From the NCBI RefSeq assembly GCF_000150275.1, contig NW_002060945.1:3805172-3869171 (forward strand): 64,000 bases of DNA, written 5' to 3'. The position numbers and the translations under genes are program-made. The notes below the pieces were generated by a model that saw only the letters and a list, made by a program, of their open reading frames with translations, ran no database searches and was not told the origin of the DNA. Of this stretch, positions 57,101-64,000 are shown one piece after another; position 1 is the first letter of the stretch, and each line of letters begins with the position of its first letter. This DNA comes from Trichoplax adhaerens. Taxonomy: Eukaryota; Animalia; Placozoa.

Positions 57101-58306
57101 TAGAACAGTATGAATATGCGAGTACAGTACTTTGGCACGTAATTGATTACCGATATAAAAGAATTTTAGTATCGTATTATAGATCTGAATTGGACACGAA
57201 TTAAACAGTTAAACATTTAAAAATTAATTTAAATTATTCTTATCTCCAAGTTTGGTGTTACTGATGGCAGTGGAACCCTGAGTCTTTGGCAACTTACAGG
57301 CAATTCGTCGAATTCGAAGCCATATATGGTACGTACTTAGGGCACATTCTTGTTATTATATGCATATTAATTAAATTGCCTTTCTTGGAATCGACCAAGA
57401 TAATTAATGTAGAATTTTTGGGTAGATGTTACGATGCCATAAAGCGGCAAATGATTTCGCTTTCGTTGGATCATCCAGCTTCATTGCTACAGTTGGTCAG
57501 TCACTGGATGGAAGGTATGGGATTAATCAATTATCTTAATAGTACAATACGATTGACTTCTGGAACTATACCTTTACAGAAATCTGTGTTTGTGGGATAC
57601 ACTTGTTCCTGTTAGAAGCGCACTAGTTAAAGGTATGGCTTCAAGTTTTTCGCTAACGAAGTGATTGGCAAAGACGTTAATTCTATGCACTGTTCCTGTT
57701 TTTTATATCGTTAATTTATAGGCTTCAATTGTCATGAAAATGGTGCTGGTGTTGTAGCTTATGCTCCGATGCGGCAAGTTATTATCACCGGCGGCAAAAG
57801 GGGACATATATGTATCCTAATTACAAGTTATATTTTACATACTAATTCGATTAAGCCAAATTTTAAGCTATATTATATTCCTTGACGACTTGTTCTTAGC
57901 TGTTTATGATGTGCGTCAGCGTCAGCTTCGATATTCATTCCTTGCGCATGATGCTACAATAAATTGTTTGACAATTGATGAAACTGAAGAATTTTTCATC
58001 ACTGGTTCCTCGGATGGTGATATTAAGGTATACTAGATGTCCAGTTATATAAATTTAAAGTTTTCTATGATATAAGAAAGAGTGAGTAACATTCTTAAAA
58101 ATGAATAGGTTTGGAATATGTCCTCACATGATGAACTTGGTAAATTTAACGGGATACACACAAGAAGCGGGATTTTCAAGACTGCAGGTATTGGCGTTAC
58201 AAAGCTGGTTCTCCTGCCTCATGGACAATTATTTTCATCAGGAGGAGATGGAACGATTAAATTTCGAACGTTACCTGAGACAATAGTGCCACGTTATGAT
58301 CGGTAA
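45110..58306 (+). CDS. DMXL: DmX-like protein / Rabconnectin-3 alpha (WD40 plus Rav1p_C), multi-exon
   Basis: MREHQVLTGTANLGD..|AYASGCDVVIL; HPRAVTGFSWR; LPQYHPHQLIEL; SVDDCGLRFLLAMR; FAWAFHS; WRKAALKNAYVLLGQQRF; C-terminal WD40 repeats ending LFSSGGDGTIKFR. Co-ortholog of DMXL1/DMXL2. Confidence 0.96.
53533..53820 (+). repeat. Coding tandem repeat of [F/L]DWSQP motifs; last units have a 51-nt period
   Basis: FDWSQP x4, LDWSQP x1 and FDYNQT x1; near-identical DNA units start at 53690, 53741 and 53792. Confidence 0.9.
57812..57899 (+). other. U12-type (minor spliceosome) GT-AG intron in DMXL
   Basis: 5' GTATCCT; branch TTCCTTGAC at 57878-57886 close to the AG; splicing restores GGKRGHIS-VYDVRQRQL. 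Confidence 0.75.
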
Positions 58307-60255
58307 AGGAGAGTGTAATAGCCATGGAGGCACTTATTTAATCCGATAGTGTTAAGATACATGTATGTATGGTACTGTATAAATTTGTCCGAACTATCTT
58401 TCAAGAACATCATATTTATAATTTATGAGACGGAACTATTATTTCATGAACACTTTCCTATATACAGTAGTATCATTTCCATAAGATTAGCAGAGCCTTC
58501 TTTAAACACTACTAGATTAAATTGATATAAGTGATACTTTCATGCTTAACTGCTTTACACAATATATATTATATTTGTATGTACAGTATAATAGCACCCT
58601 AAATTATTTTACGTAAAAAATTTTTACACTACTTATGATTAATAAAGAACTGTCTCAGTCAGAGTTTCTGTACGTTTTTAATAGTTTTGTACTTTAGCTT
58701 GCATTGCACAAAGATGACAACTACCTCAAATACGGTATTACAATATCGGAGGATTTATTACAAGTACAGTATTTAATATTCAACTGGATATCGTGGTCAT
58801 TAATTTACTACACTTTAACGAAAGAATAAAATTTATTTAACGCCTGAATTAATCGATTTTTGCTTTGATGTACAGTACAGTCATACAGTTATGCTAAATC
58901 TTACGTTAATTCGAGTGGATTAATGCAGAGTTATTTATGTGTATTTGCTATATTGATAAGAACTAACATTTAATCGGTCATTAGCTTAATGGTGCTATTG
59001 CTATTTAATTTAATCTATATAGTACAATACTAAGCTTACACGATTACAACATAAAGGCTCATTATAAATAAGTTAAACTTTAATCATCAAGAAAAATGAT
59101 ATCGTTAATAAACTTCTGTGTGTGACGTGCGCGTTTAAAGTCTAATATTGGTAACCTGATTCTGTAAAAAAGAAGATAGATGATTCCGTAAACGTGATCA
59201 TTTTAAGTATGACACAGATATTGACGATATCTTGTAGTCATGCAGCATATTGTTGTATATATTGGACACATTTCAAATCATCATCTAATCTAATCTACGT
59301 GATGCATAAATACTTGTATAAAACAGATCTTGGCCATATGAATAGCAGAGAAATTTTGATTGCACGTCTAGTAGCAAAACAGAGCTTTATTTCGAGTTTC
59401 TCTATATTAATAGCGACCCTAAAGTAACGTTCATACATTTTCAGCAAAAGGCTACATTAATCTAGCAGGCATAAGTAACTACTAGTGATAGTTATTATGC
59501 ATATGCTCTGTAGATTTAATACTATGTTGTCCTTCTAATATATAATAAGTGTATACTTGATACATAACTTAAACCAATATTCTTGTTTGATAGAATGGCT
59601 CAGAAACACATTCAGTAAAATATGATGATTTAAAAGTGTTGTCATCTTTAAATCACTACCATAGTTAAGGTATAGCACTTTCTAACGTTATTCATTCCAA
59701 GTATACAATGTAATAAGTACCAGCGGCTAGATAACCAAAGTATTAACAGATTACAAATAGATCTCAGTTTATTTCAAAACTAATCACTTTTAAACGTCCA
59801 TACTAAAAAGCTACGGCGGGATTAATGATCCCAAAGGGTTATACGAATACTTTGGTATTTCATGGCAAGTACACTTATAGCATCAACCAAATTAAACAGT
59901 TAACTAAGCAATAATAATCTATATAAGAATATTCGAAATCGCTAGAGCTAAGATCTATCATAAGTTAAATGTCTTCATTTTAAGTTGTAGTATTTTAATA
60001 GCATTATGGATTCATATATATGTATGGTGAATTATTAAAATTCACATTCCGAGCTGTTACTGTGACAATTTGTAATCTTTCTCCTTTGGAAATGCAACCA
60101 AGCCACGTAGAATGCAAGAAAATGAGCAGCCTTTAAAAAGTGCTTTACAAAACGTTGAAATAATTACTAAGCAAACTGGCTAGGTAACTAGTCAAATCTA
60201 TCAGGGTGATGCTAATGAAGTACGTATAATATGATTTATGCAATAGGCGCCTACT

Positions 60256-63056
60256 TTAGGAAGGGCTCAATTTAATGTCCTTATTTATCTGTACGAGTAT
60301 TCCGATTAAGGAAGATATGACTCCAAAGACACCAATCATACCGGAAGAAAAATTGGAATAACCTAAACGAGTCATAGGAATCCAAAGATCACATTCATTC
60401 TTGATAAAATCGAGCAATAAATCTTTTCGACGGCCAAACAAAGTAGGTATAAAACCAATAGTTTTAACAGTATCACCACTCGTATTGCGTGATTTTATAG
60501 GGTTGAAGAATAACGTTATCATTTCGTAGATATCCCGCAATAAAGCTGTAATCAACGCAGCCAGCCAAAAACGAGATGCCAGCAGTGTAATTTTTTTCTT
60601 ATCTAAAGATCCTACACCAACATGAGCCAGCCAGACCAGGTGATCATGGAAGAGATATAGGGCCCGGCAGACATGAGAGACGGTTAGGGTCAGCTTGTAT
60701 AGAAGATCGCCTAAACCTGAACATTTCCAGGCATTCAGGACCTCATCGATGGGTTTACCAATGCGAAAAACTTTTGTATTAAAACGTAAACAAACTTGTT
60801 AATATAGGACAAGTTGAAGTAACACAATACAAATAGTCCTACAGTATTGATACTGGATCTATTGATGTAGTAAAACTACTAGCTGAAATGGCATAACTAA
60901 GTTTGCAAATGGAAATAATGACTGTGGAGAGGAAAAGGCATTTCGCTGTTAGGTCCAATTCATTTAATTTAATTTAATGAAACTTTCTTTATTACACTAC
61001 TGTACACGTGCCTATTATGCCAGCATATATTATGCATCACAGTACTACATACCTTTCCTTGCCATAGCTAAACTTGTAGATAATGTATTGATGACTTCAA
61101 TCATCTTGGCGTTATTAGGATTTCCTTCCAATAGCCAAGCGGCTATTTTAGAGCCATATTGGACGACTCTATAAAGTCAACAGGAAGAACGTAGTCGATC
61201 AGTTCAGCGTGCCCGTACGGACAAATGTTATTATTTATTTTTATTATAAACTTGCAATTGCTGCAATGGAGGTGAGAGGTTCCCCAACTACCGGAGTACT
61301 GTTTGGTTCTACAACTACCGAAGTACTATAATTTGTTGATCTTATTCGTCATTCTATGCTAAAACTGCTACGATCAAATAGCAGCATTTCATAGGGAAAG
61401 ATGACAAAAAAAAAGTGGACGAGGTAGTCGTTTCGCTTGCCTGTTGTAGCAAAATCGGCTAGAAAGATATTTTTCTCGTAAGATTTTAAACTAGAAGTAC
61501 AATAGGATAAATACTACTGTACACATACTTCATATTTATTCCATCAGCTGGCTATTACTGTCTTGTCTCGATCATTATACATGTTTATAACAGTAAAACA
61601 AAATACCGCACTGGGTGTTGGACGTATCTCTATTATAAGAGTGTCGAGTGTATCTTGCTGTCGTATACTACGGACTTGTACGGTAATAATCTCCAATTGT
61701 AAAAACTGATTCTTGTAGCTGACATCGAATCTCGTAGCAGATCTGTGTTGCGAATATAAAGCAGTCATATCGTAGCTTCACAGTGGATTCTCAATTTTTA
61801 GGATTGAAGGGGAGGAGAAAAGGAACAGTAATGAAAACAAAACAAATCAATAAAGAAGCTGCTACCGTATTGGTGATTTTAATAATAATGTCAAGTTGAG
61901 ATAGAATACACTTACAGTGGTGAAACTATTTCAATTCGACCCGTGAGTTTATGGATAACTTTCGACATGTACAATAAAGTGAATATGCCGTTATACTGGA
62001 TCATTAAATGGTATACTGGAAGTATTAGTATATCTATATTACTTACAGTACTATCAAGATGGTGAAATTCATCGCAGCGTTTGCGTTGCAGAAATGGAAT
62101 AGGAATAGTGTCTAATATCGATGATGGTAGCATCCATTTTGAAAGCAAACTTAACGATGCTCCATCAGTAGGTTGTTTACAGTTTACTGGAGATGTAAAA
62201 GAGAACTTTGTCGTACAGTATTTTTGCTTTCGACATGTAAAAACAAGCGCGTTCATATCGATTGCATCTACTCGTCAATGTATTCTACAGTGCAGTTAAT
62301 TGAACGTGCTTGTTAAGTCATTTGGTAATACAGTCATTATCCTCAACTATTAGGGCATCACACAATGCAGTATCCATTCTAAAGCATGCTTGCAATATCA
62401 GAACTAGCCTCTCATGCATTTTTTCCTCTGATTTTACATTAATTAGACATCTGATCATTTGAAATTTAAGACGATAAAATGATGCGTTGGTGATAGCGAA
62501 TCCTATCGTAAAGCATACAAAGGGTTAAAGCACTTTATCGTTGAGCTATATCTACTATAACTGTCTTGCTTGAAAGTTAACATGTCAAGACAAGCTGACA
62601 TTATACTGGCAAGACGCCAAAAGGACATCGATAAACTTGTCCAAGGGTAGAAAAATGAAAGCATTCCATAACTGCGTATTGCTTTTTACAGAGCAATGTA
62701 GAGTACACTTGATGTTACTGTACAATTCAGTTTGAAAGAAGAAGAAAGCAATCCATGTCTTGATTGATTGATACAATAACCTAGTTTCACTCTCTGGTGA
62801 ACTAGAAATGGAACATTTGTAGGCAAAAAGAGGAAAAAAAATAAAAAACTGCTGGACCTTCTGTGTTGCACGCAAACGAATGTCCACAAGCTGATGCCCA
62901 AAATGCCTGGCTAGTCGATGCATCACAACACAAACCCTTCAATATGGATAAGTATTTATTCTCCCATCTATACTAATCTACAATCATTTACCTGCAAAGT
63001 TTATCTCTTCCGGCTGTTTGAGCTGCATATTTGACGTAGAATTCTGCATAAGACAT
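60256..63056 (-). CDS. PEX11: Peroxisomal membrane protein PEX11 (alpha/beta type); exons 62992-63056, 61053-61168, 60256-60770
   Basis: MSYAEFYVKYAAQTAGRDKLCR|VVQYGSK..LAMARK|VFRIGK..RALYLFHDHLVWL..RFWL..LLLDFIKNECDLWIP. Exon phases add up. Confidence 0.92.
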
Positions 63057-63449
63057 GATGGATTACAATCTGCTGCTACGAGGAGTGTGGCGGAGATGGG
63101 AAAAAGGTCAAGCGAGAGCAATTTGCATTTGCTTACGGAGGTTGATCCAGGTCGACCGTCGACTACGTCCAGCATATCGACTGGAGCCTGACTTGATACG
63201 TTCCAGTAGCACGCCAATATTGATACAGAGGTCAAGCTGATGGTATTACTCTACCGTATCGTATTCATCGTCGTACATTCGACTCTACCCTCAGCTCGAC
63301 ACTAACTGCCCCGTTGCTTACCAAGCGCCATACTGCCACACTATCAAGCGCAACGAGTCTATGAAAGCGATCTTCATCCACTTGCATCATCGGGCCCATT
63401 GCATCTATCCCATCCGTCCGTACTCGTATCATTGTAGCAGAAAAGCCCC

Positions 63450-63910
63450 TACAGTACTGTACTGTACAGTACAGTACAGTACAGTAAGCGTGAACAGGTA
63501 GAGGTACAGTACTTTGTACTGTACTGTTGTTGTGGGTAGGTGTGGCATAGGCGTGGCTGGTAGTCGATGTCCAAGTCCGAGCGTCCGTATACGGAGCGGT
63601 CTCATTCTGTACAGTACAGTGTACGCACGGTAGATACAATGCTAGCTAGATACTGTACACTGAACAATAGAGCGAATAATAGTACAAGTTTAAGACAAAA
63701 ACCCCCTACAAGTGCACATTCGCCATGAACATTCAAAATAGGTATACAGTACACTGTACTGTATGCTGTAATACTGTAGAACTACGTACTGTACATGTAC
63801 ACTGTAATACTGTACTGTACAACTGTACAGTAGGCCCAGCCATAATAACCCCGATTACTCAGATACTCAGCGTAAATAGCTTAAACGATGATACATTATT
63901 TGTACAGTAC
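63450..63910. promoter_or_regulatory. ACAGT islands upstream of PEX11 (~63450-63660, ~63740-63910)
   Basis: Dense ACAGT/TACTG arrays 5' of PEX11. Confidence 0.55.
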
Positions 63911-64000
63911 TGCATATTGAACATTCTATCTAAAAGCTAATGAAACAGCGAGCGTAATTAATATCCAACACTATCTGCAACAATAAGGTGGCCTGACTGT

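Noticed and set aside
59080-59425. Possible minus-strand exons downstream of PEX11
   Set aside because: No recognisable homology, no consistent start or donor chain.
59468-59500. Short palindrome GCATAAGTAACTA..TAGTTATTATGC
   Set aside because: No 7-bp flanking duplication and different termini; not counted in the footprint family.
62582-62950. Plus-strand coding-looking stretch in PEX11 intron 1 (MSRQADIILARRQKD..)
   Set aside because: Multiple stops and no recognisable family; cannot support a pseudogene call.

Overview
AT-rich, compact eukaryotic DNA with short spliceosomal introns. It holds ten apparently complete, single-copy metazoan genes: RAP1GDS1(-), LARP7(+), GMPPA(-), POLK(+), DTWD2(-), CWC22(-), WDR93(+), HMGCR(+), DMXL/Rabconnectin-3a(+) and PEX11(-). 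The architecture and abundant ACAGT repeats suggest a placozoan (Trichoplax-like) genome; this is an inference. Main non-obvious signals: (1) a family of 31-37 bp palindromic inserts with CA(N)GGA-type termini and exact 7-bp flanking direct repeats, resembling P-element-superfamily excision footprints; (2) ACAGT/TACTG islands upstream of every gene, usually in pairs, and nearly absent from convergent 3' regions; (3) three human neighbour pairs (HMGCR-POLK, DTWD2-DMXL1, WDR93-PEX11A) interleaved within about 47 kb; (4) function-matched cis-elements, namely an SREBP-like cluster at HMGCR and an RFX X-box at ciliary WDR93; (5) a U12-type intron, a candidate HMGCR cassette exon, and intragenic repeat expansions in DMXL and POLK. 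Gene boundaries were read by hand, and homolog comparisons are from memory, not database searches.
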